Assembly (NCBI RefSeq): GCF_013122565.1
Contig: NZ_CP053258.1
DNA from: Escherichia coli
GTDB lineage: Bacteria; Pseudomonadota; Gammaproteobacteria; Enterobacterales; Enterobacteriaceae
Direction: 5' to 3' (one strand)
Length of the DNA stretch: 64,000 nt
The notes under the pieces were generated by a model, which did not search any database, was not told the DNA's origin, and saw only the letters and a list, made by a program, of their open reading frames with translations. How positions within the stretch are numbered: the first letter of the stretch is position 1; each line of letters begins with the position of its first letter. The translations under genes and the position numbers were made by a program. Shown here piece by piece: positions 1 to 10,343 of the stretch.

Positions 1-111
1 CGTAAAGGTGAGGAAACGGGCAAAACCTATGCCGTCTGGCTACATGATTTTAACGTTCGCTGGCGCGTCACCGACGCAGGTTTTGAAGTCTTTGCGCTGG
101 AACCGCGTTAA
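1..111 (+). CDS. tsaA: TsaA (YaeB) C-terminal fragment; 5' end outside window
   Basis: Open frame enters from the window edge (...DAGFEVFALEPR, TAA at 109-111) directly upstream of proS as in E. coli; product name rests on synteny. Confidence 0.5.
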   Translation, partial: RKGEETGKTYAVWLHDFNVRWRVTDAGFEVFALEPR

Positions 112-221
112 ATTCACGCCCTTCTCTTTTGACATTTCTTTTGCACTGGTAAACTAAATCACTTTTTTTGTCCCAGGCTCGCCTTGAGCCTGTTCTACCT
201 TCCAACTGGAACCGTAACAAC

Positions 222-1940
222 ATGCGTACTAGCCAATACCTGCTCTCCACTCTCAAGGAGACACCTGCCGACGCCGAGGTGATCAGCCATCAGCTGATGC
301 TGCGCGCCGGGATGATCCGCAAGCTGGCCTCCGGGTTATATACCTGGCTGCCGACCGGCGTGCGCGTTCTGAAAAAAGTCGAAAACATCGTGCGTGAAGA
401 GATGAACAACGCCGGTGCAATCGAGGTGTCGATGCCGGTGGTTCAGCCAGCCGATTTGTGGCAAGAGAGTGGTCGTTGGGAACAGTACGGTCCGGAACTG
501 CTGCGTTTTGTTGACCGTGGCGAGCGTCCGTTCGTACTCGGCCCAACTCATGAAGAAGTTATCACTGACCTGATTCGTAACGAGCTTAGCTCTTACAAAC
601 AGCTGCCGCTGAACTTCTATCAGATCCAGACCAAGTTCCGCGACGAAGTGCGTCCGCGTTTCGGCGTCATGCGTTCCCGCGAATTCCTGATGAAAGATGC
701 TTACTCTTTCCATACTTCTCAGGAATCCCTGCAGGAAACCTACGATGCAATGTATGCGGCCTACAGCAAAATCTTCAGCCGCATGGGGCTGGATTTCCGC
801 GCCGTACAGGCCGACACCGGTTCTATCGGTGGCAGCGCCTCTCACGAATTCCAGGTGCTGGCGCAGAGCGGTGAAGACGATGTGGTCTTCTCCGACACCT
901 CAGACTACGCAGCGAACATTGAACTGGCAGAAGCTATCGCGCCGAAAGAACCGCGCGCTGCTGCTACCCAGGAAATGACGCTGGTTGATACGCCGAACGC
1001 GAAAACCATCGCGGAACTGGTTGAACAGTTCAATCTGCCGATTGAGAAAACGGTTAAGACTCTGCTGGTTAAAGCGGTTGAAGGCAGTAGCTTCCCGCTG
1101 GTTGCGCTGCTGGTGCGCGGTGACCACGAGCTGAACGAAGTTAAAGCAGAAAAACTGCCGCAGGTTGCCAGCCCGCTGACTTTCGCGACCGAAGAAGAAA
1201 TTCGTGCCGTGGTTAAAGCCGGTCCGGGTTCACTGGGTCCGGTAAACATGCCAATTCCGGTGGTGATTGACCGTACCGTTGCGGCGATGAGTGATTTCGC
1301 TGCTGGTGCTAACATCGATGGTAAACACTACTTCGGTATCAACTGGGATCGCGATGTCGCTACCCCGGAAATTGCTGATATCCGCAACGTGGTGGCTGGC
1401 GATCCAAGCCCGGATGGCCAGGGTACGCTGCTGATCAAACGTGGTATCGAAGTTGGTCACATCTTCCAGCTGGGTACCAAGTACTCCGAAGCACTGAAAG
1501 CCTCCGTACAGGGTGAAGATGGCCGTAACCAAATCCTGACGATGGGTTGCTACGGTATCGGGGTAACGCGTGTGGTAGCTGCGGCGATTGAGCAGAACTA
1601 CGACGAACGCGGCATCGTATGGCCTGACGCTATCGCGCCGTTCCAGGTGGCGATTCTGCCGATGAACATGCACAAATCCTTCCGCGTACAAGAGCTTGCT
1701 GAGAAACTGTACAGCGAACTGCGTGCACAAGGTATCGAAGTGCTGCTGGATGACCGAAAAGAACGTCCGGGCGTGATGTTTGCCGATATGGAACTGATCG
1801 GTATTCCGCACACTATTGTGCTGGGCGACCGTAACCTAGACAACGACGATATCGAATATAAATATCGTCGTAACGGCGAGAAACAGTTAATTAAGACTGG
1901 TGACATCGTCGAATATCTGGTGAAACAGATTAAAGGCTGA
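222..1940 (+). CDS. proS: Prolyl-tRNA synthetase
   Basis: 572-aa ORF starting [20 protein letters not shown]; class II aaRS with editing domain; ORF-track start at 168 is an upstream over-extension. Confidence 0.95.
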   Translation: MRTSQYLLSTLKETPADAEVISHQLMLRAGMIRKLASGLYTWLPTGVRVLKKVENIVREEMNNAGAIEVSMPVVQPADLWQESGRWEQYGPELLRFVDRGERPFVLGPTHEEVITDLIRNELSSYKQLPLNFYQIQTKFRDEVRPRFGVMRSREFLMKDAYSFHTSQESLQETYDAMYAAYSKIFSRMGLDFRAVQADTGSIGGSASHEFQVLAQSGEDDVVFSDTSDYAANIELAEAIAPKEPRAAATQEMTLVDTPNAKTIAELVEQFNLPIEKTVKTLLVKAVEGSSFPLVALLVRGDHELNEVKAEKLPQVASPLTFATEEEIRAVVKAGPGSLGPVNMPIPVVIDRTVAAMSDFAAGANIDGKHYFGINWDRDVATPEIADIRNVVAGDPSPDGQGTLLIKRGIEVGHIFQLGTKYSEALKASVQGEDGRNQILTMGCYGIGVTRVVAAAIEQNYDERGIVWPDAIAPFQVAILPMNMHKSFRVQELAEKLYSELRAQGIEVLLDDRKERPGVMFADMELIGIPHTIVLGDRNLDNDDIEYKYRRNGEKQLIKTGDIVEYLVKQIKG

Positions 1941-1949
1941 TGCCAGAAA

Positions 1950-1977
1950 GGGTCCTGAATTTCAGGGCCCTTTTTTA
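1950..1977 (+). terminator. Intrinsic terminator after proS
   Basis: GGGTCCTG-aattt-CAGGGCCC stem (one G-U pair) followed by TTTTTT, 10 nt after the proS stop. Confidence 0.7.
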
Positions 1978-1992
1978 CATGGATTGTATAAA

Positions 1993-2817
1993 ATGGATAA
2001 ACCAAAGGCGTACTACCGCCTGCTTCTCCCCAGCTTTCTTTTACTTTCGGCCTGTACCGTTGATATCAGCCAGCCAGACTCCTCTGCCACAGCGGTAGAT
2101 GTCGAGGCAAAAACATGGGCTGTCAAATTCCAGCATCAAAGCTCTTTCACCGAACAATCAATAAAAGAAATAACGGTACCTGATCTCAAACCCGGCGATT
2201 TGCTGTTCTCCTCAAGCCTGGGGGTAACCTCATTTGGGATCCGCGTTTTCAGCACTTCCTCTGTGAGTCACGTTGCAATCTATCTGGGTGAAAATAACGT
2301 TGCAGAAGCGACAGGCGCTGGCGTCCAGATTGTTTCCCTTAAAAAAGCGATGAAGCATAGTGATAAACTTTTCGTCTTACGAGTCCCGGATCTTACCCCG
2401 CAACAAGCCACAGAAATCACCGCGTTCGCCAATAAAATCAAAGATAGCGGTTATAACTATCGCGGCATTGTCGAATTTATTCCCTTTATGGTGACTCGCC
2501 AGATGTGCTCACTGAATCCGTTCTCCGAGGATTTTCGCCAACAGTGCGTCAGCGGCCTGGCGAAAGCGCAGTTAAGCAGTGTGGGCGAAGGAGACAAAAA
2601 GTCGTGGTTTTGTTCGGAATTTGTCACTGATGCATTTGCCAAAGCCGGGCATCCGCTTACGCTGGCGCAATCGGGCTGGATTAGCCCTGCCGATCTGATG
2701 CATATGCGTATTGGTGATGTCTCTGCGTTTAAGCCAGAAACGCAGTTACAGTATATTGGACACCTGAAGCCTGGGATTTATATTAAAGCGAGTCGCTTCG
2801 TTGGGCTGACTCGGTGA
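1993..2817 (+). CDS. yaeF: Putative lipoprotein YaeF (predicted peptidase-like)
   Basis: 274 aa, MDKPKAYYRLLLPSFLLLSAC lipobox-type signal; position between proS and nlpE. Confidence 0.75.
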   Translation: MDKPKAYYRLLLPSFLLLSACTVDISQPDSSATAVDVEAKTWAVKFQHQSSFTEQSIKEITVPDLKPGDLLFSSSLGVTSFGIRVFSTSSVSHVAIYLGENNVAEATGAGVQIVSLKKAMKHSDKLFVLRVPDLTPQQATEITAFANKIKDSGYNYRGIVEFIPFMVTRQMCSLNPFSEDFRQQCVSGLAKAQLSSVGEGDKKSWFCSEFVTDAFAKAGHPLTLAQSGWISPADLMHMRIGDVSAFKPETQLQYIGHLKPGIYIKASRFVGLTR

Positions 2818-2841
2818 TAAAAGCCAGCCTCGTGCACAAAA

Positions 2842-2942
2842 TGCCGGAGGCGGCGTGAACGCCTTATCCGGCCTACAAAATCGTGCTAATTCAAAATGTT
2901 GCATTATATGCTGTAGGCCTGATAAGCGCAGCGCATCAGGCA
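2842..2942. repeat. REP/BIME palindromic elements between yaeF and nlpE
   Basis: Two inverted REP-type units, TGCCGGAGGCGGCGTGAACGCCTTATCCGGCCTAC and GTAGGCCTGATAAGCGCAGCGCATCAGGCA. Confidence 0.8.
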
Positions 2943-2972
2943 ATTTTGCGTTTGTTTCTGCCTTAAGCAGGT

Positions 2973-3683
2973 TTACTGCCCCAAACTACTGCAATCCTTG
3001 TTTGGGTAAAATTTACCTGCCGTATCGGGCGCTAATACTTTGGTTGGCGCACCGGTATCCGGATTAGCCTCAAGCGTAAAGTGACCTTCTACTGACAGTA
3101 ACACCGGTTTTTCACTGTGACCGCGCGCAGCCAGGTAGCCACGCTCCAGCTCTGCGTTATTCGCTACCATGAAACGTTTTCCGGTCGCGCAATCAGTGAA
3201 GGTCGCCGCATCAGCCATATAAAAATACATGCCCCGCAGGGTCATCGGCGTCATGGGTAAACTGGATTGTGCCGGTTCCAGCGTATAGTTGAACTGCGAT
3301 TCAATCGGATTACCTTCACGATCGAGCATCTCCAGCGCATCTCCTTTCGCCCGATAATATGACTTTTCACCTTTGCTGTCGGTTAATACCAACTTGTCAG
3401 CGGTTCGCGCCCATGTACCGTAGGAAGCGAAAGAGGAAGGTTCTTCACGAGCACCGAGATAACGCTCATTCATCACCCATGTTCCGTCTTTTTCGAGGAA
3501 CAGAGAGGTTTCGATTCCTTCGCAATCGGCACACGGCAGCACGCCGCGCCAACTTTGCGGCATCGGTTTCAGTTCGGCAGCCTGCGCCGGAGAAAGCGTA
3601 TCGACTTCGGCCCGATTATTACAACCCATCAGAGTAAAGAGGCTGATTACAGCCATCGCTGTCACTATCGCTTTTTTCACCAT
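2973..3683 (-). CDS. nlpE: Outer-membrane lipoprotein NlpE (CutF), Cpx surface sensor
   Basis: 236 aa, signal plus lipobox LMGC, CxxC motif (PCADCEG); synteny. Confidence 0.9.
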   Translation of the reverse strand: MVKKAIVTAMAVISLFTLMGCNNRAEVDTLSPAQAAELKPMPQSWRGVLPCADCEGIETSLFLEKDGTWVMNERYLGAREEPSSFASYGTWARTADKLVLTDSKGEKSYYRAKGDALEMLDREGNPIESQFNYTLEPAQSSLPMTPMTLRGMYFYMADAATFTDCATGKRFMVANNAELERGYLAARGHSEKPVLLSVEGHFTLEANPDTGAPTKVLAPDTAGKFYPNKDCSSLGQ

Positions 3684-3696
3684 CCATTCCTTCTTT

Positions 3697-4119
3697 TTAT
3701 TCCCGACCGCTGCGCACTTTGCCGCGCATCGCCTTTACGCTTGATTTTTGTGCTTTCGATGCCAGCCTGCGCTCTTTCGATGCACGGGTGGGCCGCGTGG
3801 GTCGTCGGGCTTTTTGTTCTGTTGTTAATTCTTTAATCACAGCCACCAGCCGGGCCAGAGCGGCTTCGCGGTTCAGTTCCTGACTGCGGTATTCCTGTGC
3901 CTTAATGACAATCACTCCGTCACTGCTGATCAAATGATGGCTGGCGGCGAGCAGACGCTCTTTGTAATACTCTGGCAGGCTGGACGCCCGAATGTCAAAA
4001 CGCAGATGAATAGCCGTTGAGGTCTTATTAACATGCTGCCCGCCCGCGCCCTGCGCACGAATGGCGGTGATCTCAAGCTCACCATCGGGAATAGCAACAT
4101 GTCGGGAAATCACAATCAT
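3697..4119 (-). CDS. arfB: Peptidyl-tRNA hydrolase ArfB (YaeJ), ribosome rescue factor
   Basis: 140 aa with GGQ motif ([12 protein letters not shown]) and basic C-terminal tail. Confidence 0.9.
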   Translation of the reverse strand: MIVISRHVAIPDGELEITAIRAQGAGGQHVNKTSTAIHLRFDIRASSLPEYYKERLLAASHHLISSDGVIVIKAQEYRSQELNREAALARLVAVIKELTTEQKARRPTRPTRASKERRLASKAQKSSVKAMRGKVRSGRE

Positions 4120-4661
4120 GAAGGTTGTTGCCAGGCGGTTAAGTTCACTTCCAGAGTATTCTTATCATCCGATAACCAGATCACGCCATCCTGAACCGTT
4201 GCCTGCAGCGTCATGGTACGATCGGCAAAGGCGCTTACTTTCGCCAGTTGTTCATCGTCCAGATACCAGACGGAAAGATTGGCAAACTGCGCACATTTGC
4301 TCTGATTTTGCTGCCACCAGATTTGCGCCGCCCAACTATTATAGGTAAACAGCGCCACTTCTGCGGCCTGGGTGCAGGCTTTCTTAATTCGTCGCTCATC
4401 CGGCAGCCCCAACTCAATCCACAAATCAATGCCCAGGTGATCGTTACGCAGCCACGCTTCCGGCTCATCATCGGCACACAAACCACGGGTAAATTGCAGA
4501 CGTTCATCAGCATATTTCAGCCACGCCAGCAAGCGCAGCATCATACGCTCCTGGGTTTCTGAAGGATGGCGCGCCAGCGTCAGAGAGGCATCGAGAAACT
4601 GGTTGCGGTCGAGATCGGCCACATTAACCGTCGCTTTATAAATTGTCGCTTTAAGCGCCAT
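4116..4661 (-). CDS. yaeQ: YaeQ family protein
   Basis: 181-aa ORF, 4-nt overlap with arfB start; synteny. Confidence 0.8.
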   Translation of the reverse strand: MALKATIYKATVNVADLDRNQFLDASLTLARHPSETQERMMLRLLAWLKYADERLQFTRGLCADDEPEAWLRNDHLGIDLWIELGLPDERRIKKACTQAAEVALFTYNSWAAQIWWQQNQSKCAQFANLSVWYLDDEQLAKVSAFADRTMTLQATVQDGVIWLSDDKNTLEVNLTAWQQPS

Positions 4662-4826
4662 AAGAAAACTCCTTTCGAATCAGGAGGCCATTGTAACGGA
4701 ATACGTGCAGTTGCGGCGCTGATATTGCAGAAATGAGTGTGGTATAGTCACCTTGCGAAACAGAGTTTATCTTCGTAGGCTTAGACTTGCATCCACGGTT
4801 AAGTCAGAGTGCTGACAGGAGGGCAT

Positions 4827-5027
4827 GTGGAAAAATATTGTGAGTTAATACGCAAGCGGTACGCGGAAATCGCCAGCGGAGACTTAGGATACGTTCCGGA
4901 CGCGCTGGGCTGCGTTTTGAAAGTGCTGAATGAAATGGCTGCCGACGACGCCCTTTCTGAGGCTGTCAGGGAAAAAGCAGCATACGCTGCGGCAAACTTA
5001 CTGGTGAGCGATTATGTCAATGAATGA
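4827..5027 (+). CDS. yaeP: Small protein YaeP (UPF0253)
   Basis: 66 aa from in-frame GTG (V7 of track ORF) giving [25 protein letters not shown]...; overlaps rof. Confidence 0.7.
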
Positions 5028-5274
5028 TACGTATCAACCAATCAATTGTGATGATTACGATAATCTTGAGCTCGCCTGCCAGCATCATTTAATGCTGACA
5101 CTTGAGCTGAAAGATGGCGAAAAATTGCAGGCAAAAGCCAGTGATTTAGTCTCCCGCAAAAATGTGGAGTATCTGGTCGTCGAGGCCGCTGGCGAAACCC
5201 GTGAGCTACGTCTGGATAAAATTACCAGCTTTAGCCACCCGGAAATCGGTACGGTGGTGGTGAGCGAGTCCTGA
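5014..5274 (+). CDS. rof: Rho-binding anti-terminator protein Rof (YaeO)
   Basis: 86-aa [28 protein letters not shown]; synteny next to tilS. Confidence 0.8.
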
Positions 5275-5283
5275 TTGACTTTC

Positions 5284-5316
5284 GCCGGATGCGACGTTTG
5301 ATGCGTCTTATCCGGC
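5284..5316. repeat. REP-like palindrome between rof and tilS
   Basis: GCCGGATGCGACGtttgATGCGTCTTATCCGGC, in a convergent intergenic region. Confidence 0.65.
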
Positions 5317-5322
5317 TTTCAC

Positions 5323-6621
5323 TTAACTAAGCGTTTTCTGCCAGACAAAACTTACGCCATTCTCACCTTCAGCCACACCTTCTTGCGTCACAAATACCCC
5401 TGCCGCCGCAATCAGCGTTTCGCCATAAAACAGCAGTGGCGTGGTGTCACGTAGCCACGGCGGCACGCCCAGCTCTTGCCAGATTTTCTTTAACTTGCGC
5501 CCACCGTTGCGCCCGACAATATGCAGCAATCCTGGCGCTTTGAAACGCACGCTGACCGTTTCATCTGCACGCGGAGGGCGAATATCGCCTCCCGCTGTAA
5601 GCTGTACACTTCCCAGCCCCGCCGGTAATTCCAGCGGTTGTAGCCACGTCTGCCACGGCACAATGGTTTCGCTTTGCCCGGTGACGGATTTAATCCACCA
5701 CAGTTGCGACTGATAGCGGCGGATTTCAAACGCGCCCAAGCGTAAACAGGGGGAGGCATCTTCCCGCGCCAGCGCCACTTCCTGCCAGATCCGCACCAGC
5801 GCGTCGCGGGAAGGCATCGGTGCATTCTGCTCTGCCAGCCAGCGGCGGATAATTGCCGCGCGACGGGCATCACTCATCGCCAGCATTGGCGCAATCTGCA
5901 GCGTCCCCTGCGGCGTTTGGCAGTGCGCTAAATCATCTGCCAGCAATTCATCCAGCAGGCTCTCTTGTTCAGCACAAAGTGCGGCGCTGCGGGCCGTTGC
6001 TTCGGCAAAATGCGGCCAACGCTGCTGCAATAACGGCACTACGCGCAGGCGCAGGAAGTTACGATCGTATGAGTCGTCCTGATTACTTTCGTCTTCAATC
6101 CAGCGTAAACCATGCGCCAATGCCCACTGCTCCAGTTCCCCCCGCGTGCGGGCGAGCAACGGGCGGATAAGCCGTGTTCCGGCAAACTCCGAAACTTCCC
6201 CCATAGCCGAAAGCCCGGCAGGACCGCTACCGCGTTTTAGCGCCAGCAGAAAGGTTTCACATTGATCGTCGAGATGTTGCGCGGTGACCAGCACTTCACC
6301 GGGCAACAAGGTGCGGGCAAATGCCTGATAACGTGCCTGCCGCGCCTGGGCCTCAATCCCCAGCCCCTCTTGCGCAAGTTGTACGCGTTCGACCACCAGC
6401 GGCACCTGCCATTGTTGGCAGATGTTTTCGCAATGCATAACCCAGGCGTCGGCATTGGCACTTAAACCGTGATGCACATGAATAGCGCGCAGAGCAACGC
6501 CCGGATTTTCCGCCCGCCACTGCACCAACTGATGCAGCAGAACGGTGGAGTCAAGCCCGCCGCTAAAGGCCACCAGAATCTGGCGTGAGGTGAGAAGTTG
6601 TCTATTGAGCGTGAGTGTCAT
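5323..6621 (-). CDS. tilS: tRNA(Ile)-lysidine synthetase
   Basis: 432 aa with PP-loop SGGxDS motif ([13 protein letters not shown]). Confidence 0.9.
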   Translation of the reverse strand: MTLTLNRQLLTSRQILVAFSGGLDSTVLLHQLVQWRAENPGVALRAIHVHHGLSANADAWVMHCENICQQWQVPLVVERVQLAQEGLGIEAQARQARYQAFARTLLPGEVLVTAQHLDDQCETFLLALKRGSGPAGLSAMGEVSEFAGTRLIRPLLARTRGELEQWALAHGLRWIEDESNQDDSYDRNFLRLRVVPLLQQRWPHFAEATARSAALCAEQESLLDELLADDLAHCQTPQGTLQIAPMLAMSDARRAAIIRRWLAEQNAPMPSRDALVRIWQEVALAREDASPCLRLGAFEIRRYQSQLWWIKSVTGQSETIVPWQTWLQPLELPAGLGSVQLTAGGDIRPPRADETVSVRFKAPGLLHIVGRNGGRKLKKIWQELGVPPWLRDTTPLLFYGETLIAAAGVFVTQEGVAEGENGVSFVWQKTLS

Positions 6622-6685
6622 GATGGTGCGATTTTACAGTAGCAATGCCCGGCACGTTACCGGGCAAATGCGGCGATGACAAGCC

Positions 6686-7075
6686 TTACTGCTCATACAG
6701 TTCCAACGGCAGCCCGTCCGGATCGTTAAAGAACGTGAAGCGTTTTTGCGTGTATGGATCGACACGGATGGCTTCACACTTCACGTTATGGCTTTCAAGG
6801 TGCGCCACTGCCGCATCGATATCATCAACGCTAAAAGCCAGATGACGCAGGCCGCAAGCTTCCGGTCGGCTGGGGCGCTCCGGCGGGAACGGAAATGAGA
6901 AAAGCTCAATCACATATTGCCCATTAAGCGCCAAATCCCCTTTCCACGAGTCGCGCGCTTCGCGATAGACTTCGCTTTGCAGCGTGAAACCAAGAATATC
7001 GCAGTAGAAAGCTTTGCTCACCGCATAATCCGTCGCAATAATCGCAATATGGTGAACCTGTTTTAAACCCAGCAT
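6686..7075 (-). CDS. yaeR: Glyoxalase/VOC-family protein YaeR
   Basis: 129 aa from MLGLKQVHHIAIIATDY (M10 of track ORF); synteny. Confidence 0.75.
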   Translation of the reverse strand: MLGLKQVHHIAIIATDYAVSKAFYCDILGFTLQSEVYREARDSWKGDLALNGQYVIELFSFPFPPERPSRPEACGLRHLAFSVDDIDAAVAHLESHNVKCEAIRVDPYTQKRFTFFNDPDGLPLELYEQ

Positions 7076-7131
7076 AACGTCTCCTTTATTTGTTAACAGC
7101 ACGTTACTCGCCCGGAAGCCGCTCTGGCAAG

Positions 7132-9273
7132 TTATCCCGCCATTTTTAGGACTCGTACGCGGTAAACGCCGTCTTCGTCCTGTTTCGCGCCGTGAATATC
7201 CGTTTCAAAACCGGGGTAATGTTGCCCCACTGAACAAAGCATTAGCAGAAAATCGAGTACTGTGCGGCTCTCTTTGGTCAGCATTTCTCCTGGCATCAGC
7301 AACGGTACGCCCGGTGGATAAGGCAGGATCATATTTGCCGATACTCTACCGACCAGTTGTTCCAGCGCAATGGTTTCTACTTCACCTTTAATCTGTCTCT
7401 GCCATGCCTGATGTGGCGTCATGATCATCTCCGGCAAAGTATCGAATGCCCGCAACATCAAACCGGGAAGATCGTGTTTACGAATCAGCTTATGGATCCC
7501 TTGCGCCAGATCCTGAATACGCATATTGCGGTAGAAATCGGGATCTTCAGCATAGAGATCGGGCAGCATATTTTTGATCCGCAGATTGAGATCGTAAGAG
7601 CGCTTAAATTCCGTCAACCCACGCAATAATCCCATTGCTTTGGTTTTATCGATGCCAATACTAAAGAGAAACAGCAGGTTATAAGGGCCGGTTTTCTCTA
7701 CTACGATCCCACGTTCGTCGAGGAATTTTGCCACCAGCGCCGCCGGGATCCCCTCCTCACTCATATTGCCCTGTTCGTCCATCCCCGGTGTCAAAATAGT
7801 GACTTTAACCGGATCGAGAAACATATGATCGGCATCCGCATCGTTAAAGCCGTGCCACTCTTCGCCAGGCGCAACGGGCCAGCATTCGGCTTCATCCACC
7901 TGCGGCGGTTGCCAGATATCGAAAAACCAACCGTCAGACTCTTCCCGCAGCCGCTGGACCTCTTTGCGAAAATGCAGCGCCCGCTCCACCGAACGGTTAA
8001 TCAGCCGTTTGCCCGGATTACCACGCAGCATCGCCGCCGCCGTCTCAACCGAAGCAACAATGGGATAACTGGGCGAGGTGGTGGTATGCATCATAAAGGC
8101 TTCGTTAAACGCCTCTTCGTCATACTCGCCTTTAATGTGGATCAGCGAAGCCTGCGATAACGCCGCCAGCATTTTGTGGGTAGATTGCGTTTCGAAGATC
8201 ACTTTTCCCGCAACACGCTCGCCGCTCATACCACTTTTACCCTGGTAGATCGGATGAAAATGGGTGTACGGCACCCAGGCAGAATCGAAGTGAATCGACG
8301 GGACATCCAGCGTCTGTTTGATCCAGTCGGTGTTGTAGAGCAAGCCATCATAGGTGGAGTTGGTAATCACCGCATGAACCGGCCATTGTGCTTGCGTGGT
8401 AGCAGCGACTTTCTCTTCGATGCTGTCACGAGTAAATTCACGGCGCGGGATCCCACCAAGAATCCCCAACGCATTACGCGTCGGTTTCAGCCAGACTGGC
8501 ACTACATCGTTCATCATCAACAGATGCGCCAGTGATTTATGGCAGTTGCGGTCGATCAACAGCGTACTGCCGGATGGCGCGGCGTACATACCCACAATTT
8601 TGTTCGACGTCGATGTTCCGTTGGTAACGATATAACTCTGTTCCGCGCCAAAAGTCCGCGCGATGTACTCTTCCGCTTCCAGATGTGGCCCGGTGTGGTC
8701 GAGCAACGAACCAAGCTCGGTGACCGAAATAGAGACATCAGCCTTAAGGGTATTCCCGCCGAAAAAATCATAAAACAGACAGCCAACCGGGCTTTTTTGA
8801 TATGCGGTGCCGCCCATATGACCCGGCGTACAAAAGGTGTACTTCCGCTCTTTGACGTAGGTAAACAAGGCTTTCGTGAACGGCGGTGTAATGTTATCAA
8901 GATATTCGTCGGTGTACTGACGCATACGAATGGCGATATCTTCCGCCTGCCCAAGCGCATATTCAAAAAACCAGAGCGCCATCCGCATATCCTGCACGCT
9001 GACATCCATCGTCGAGTGGGTGTTGATGAAGGCATAAAGCGGGAGATATTCATTAAGTTGATTGATATCGCTACATAAATCGAGACTGTACTCATCCCAG
9101 TCAAAAATCACGCCGCAAATTCGAGGGTTATGTTCGATAAATTTAAGCAAATCAACGCTGTTTTGTGGCCAGATAATCTGAAAGCCTTGCGCCACCAGCG
9201 CCGACTCCAGTTCTTTGATGGGCTCATCTTTATAAAAGACGCCATGCGGTCCCATAATGGCAATGATGTTCAT
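7132..9273 (-). CDS. ldcC: Lysine decarboxylase, constitutive (LdcC)
   Basis: 713-aa PLP-dependent Orn/Lys/Arg decarboxylase; location next to accA identifies ldcC rather than cadA. Confidence 0.9.
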   Translation of the reverse strand: MNIIAIMGPHGVFYKDEPIKELESALVAQGFQIIWPQNSVDLLKFIEHNPRICGVIFDWDEYSLDLCSDINQLNEYLPLYAFINTHSTMDVSVQDMRMALWFFEYALGQAEDIAIRMRQYTDEYLDNITPPFTKALFTYVKERKYTFCTPGHMGGTAYQKSPVGCLFYDFFGGNTLKADVSISVTELGSLLDHTGPHLEAEEYIARTFGAEQSYIVTNGTSTSNKIVGMYAAPSGSTLLIDRNCHKSLAHLLMMNDVVPVWLKPTRNALGILGGIPRREFTRDSIEEKVAATTQAQWPVHAVITNSTYDGLLYNTDWIKQTLDVPSIHFDSAWVPYTHFHPIYQGKSGMSGERVAGKVIFETQSTHKMLAALSQASLIHIKGEYDEEAFNEAFMMHTTTSPSYPIVASVETAAAMLRGNPGKRLINRSVERALHFRKEVQRLREESDGWFFDIWQPPQVDEAECWPVAPGEEWHGFNDADADHMFLDPVKVTILTPGMDEQGNMSEEGIPAALVAKFLDERGIVVEKTGPYNLLFLFSIGIDKTKAMGLLRGLTEFKRSYDLNLRIKNMLPDLYAEDPDFYRNMRIQDLAQGIHKLIRKHDLPGLMLRAFDTLPEMIMTPHQAWQRQIKGEVETIALEQLVGRVSANMILPYPPGVPLLMPGEMLTKESRTVLDFLLMLCSVGQHYPGFETDIHGAKQDEDGVYRVRVLKMAG

Positions 9274-9325
9274 GTGTTCCTCCTGGAAAATCCTTCCTTA
9301 ATCATAGCCTGCTCAAACCGTGGCG

Positions 9326-9351
9326 ATAAAAAAGGGCCACCGAAGTGACCC
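9326..9351 (-). terminator. Intrinsic terminator after accA
   Basis: Minus-strand RNA GGGUCAC-UUCG-GUGGCCC followed by UUUUUU, about 20 nt after the accA stop. Confidence 0.7.
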
Positions 9352-9371
9352 TTTTTCAGAACTTTTGCGGA

Positions 9372-10331
9372 TTACGCGTAACCGTAGCTCATCAGGCGCT
9401 GATAACGACGATTTTTTAAATCTTCAGTGCTTAACACGTCGAGATCGGCCAGATCCGCCAGCAGTTGCGCTTTCAACGATGCCGCCATCGCTTCCGGGTT
9501 ACGGTGAGCGCCACCCAGCGGTTCCGGGATGATGGAGTCGATCAGTTTCAGCTCTTTCAGACGCGGAGCGATGATACCCATCGCTTCAGCCGCCAGCGGC
9601 GCTTTGTCGGCGCTCTTCCACAGAATGGACGCACAACCTTCCGGCGAGATAACGGAATAGGTGCTGTATTGCAGCATATTCACTTTATCGCCCACGCCAA
9701 TCGCCAGCGCGCCGCCAGAACCACCTTCACCGATAACGGTACAAATAGTCGGTACGCTAAGGCGAGACATTTCACGCAGGTTGCGTGCAATGGCTTCAGA
9801 CTGACCGCGCTCTTCTGCGCCCACGCCCGGATAAGCCCCCGGGGTGTCGATAAAGGTGATGATTGGCATCTTAAAGCGTTCAGCCATTTGCATCAGACGC
9901 AGTGCTTTGCGGTAACCTTCTGGCGCTGGCATACCAAAGTTACGGCGAATTTTTTCTTTGGTTTCACGACCTTTTTGATGACCAATGATCATCACCGGAC
10001 GACCATCGAGACGGGCGATACCACCGACGATAGCTTTATCGTCTGCATACGCGCGGTCGCCAGCCAGTTCGTCAAATTCATCAAATGCCAGGCGAACGTA
10101 ATCCAGGGTATAAGGACGCTGTGGATGGCGTGCCAGTTGCGCAATCTGCCATGCACCGAGATCGGCGAAGATTTTACGCGTCAGTTCTACGCTTTTTTCA
10201 CGCAGACGATGCACTTCTTCATCGATGTTAATATCCAGTTTCTCATCCTGACGGCTAACCGCAGTCAGAGAATCGATTTTCGCTTCCAGCTCTGCAATCG
10301 GCTGTTCAAAATCAAGGAAATTCAGACTCAT
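9372..10331 (-). CDS. accA: Acetyl-CoA carboxylase carboxyltransferase alpha subunit
   Basis: 319 aa [22 protein letters not shown]...; 12 bp downstream of dnaE. Confidence 0.95.
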
Positions 10332-10343
10332 AGTATTCCTGTA

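Noticed and set aside
7132-9273. Lysine decarboxylase as the acid-inducible CadA with a neighbouring antiporter
   Set aside because: No cadB-like antiporter or cadC regulator is adjacent; the position between accA and yaeR fits the constitutive paralog ldcC.
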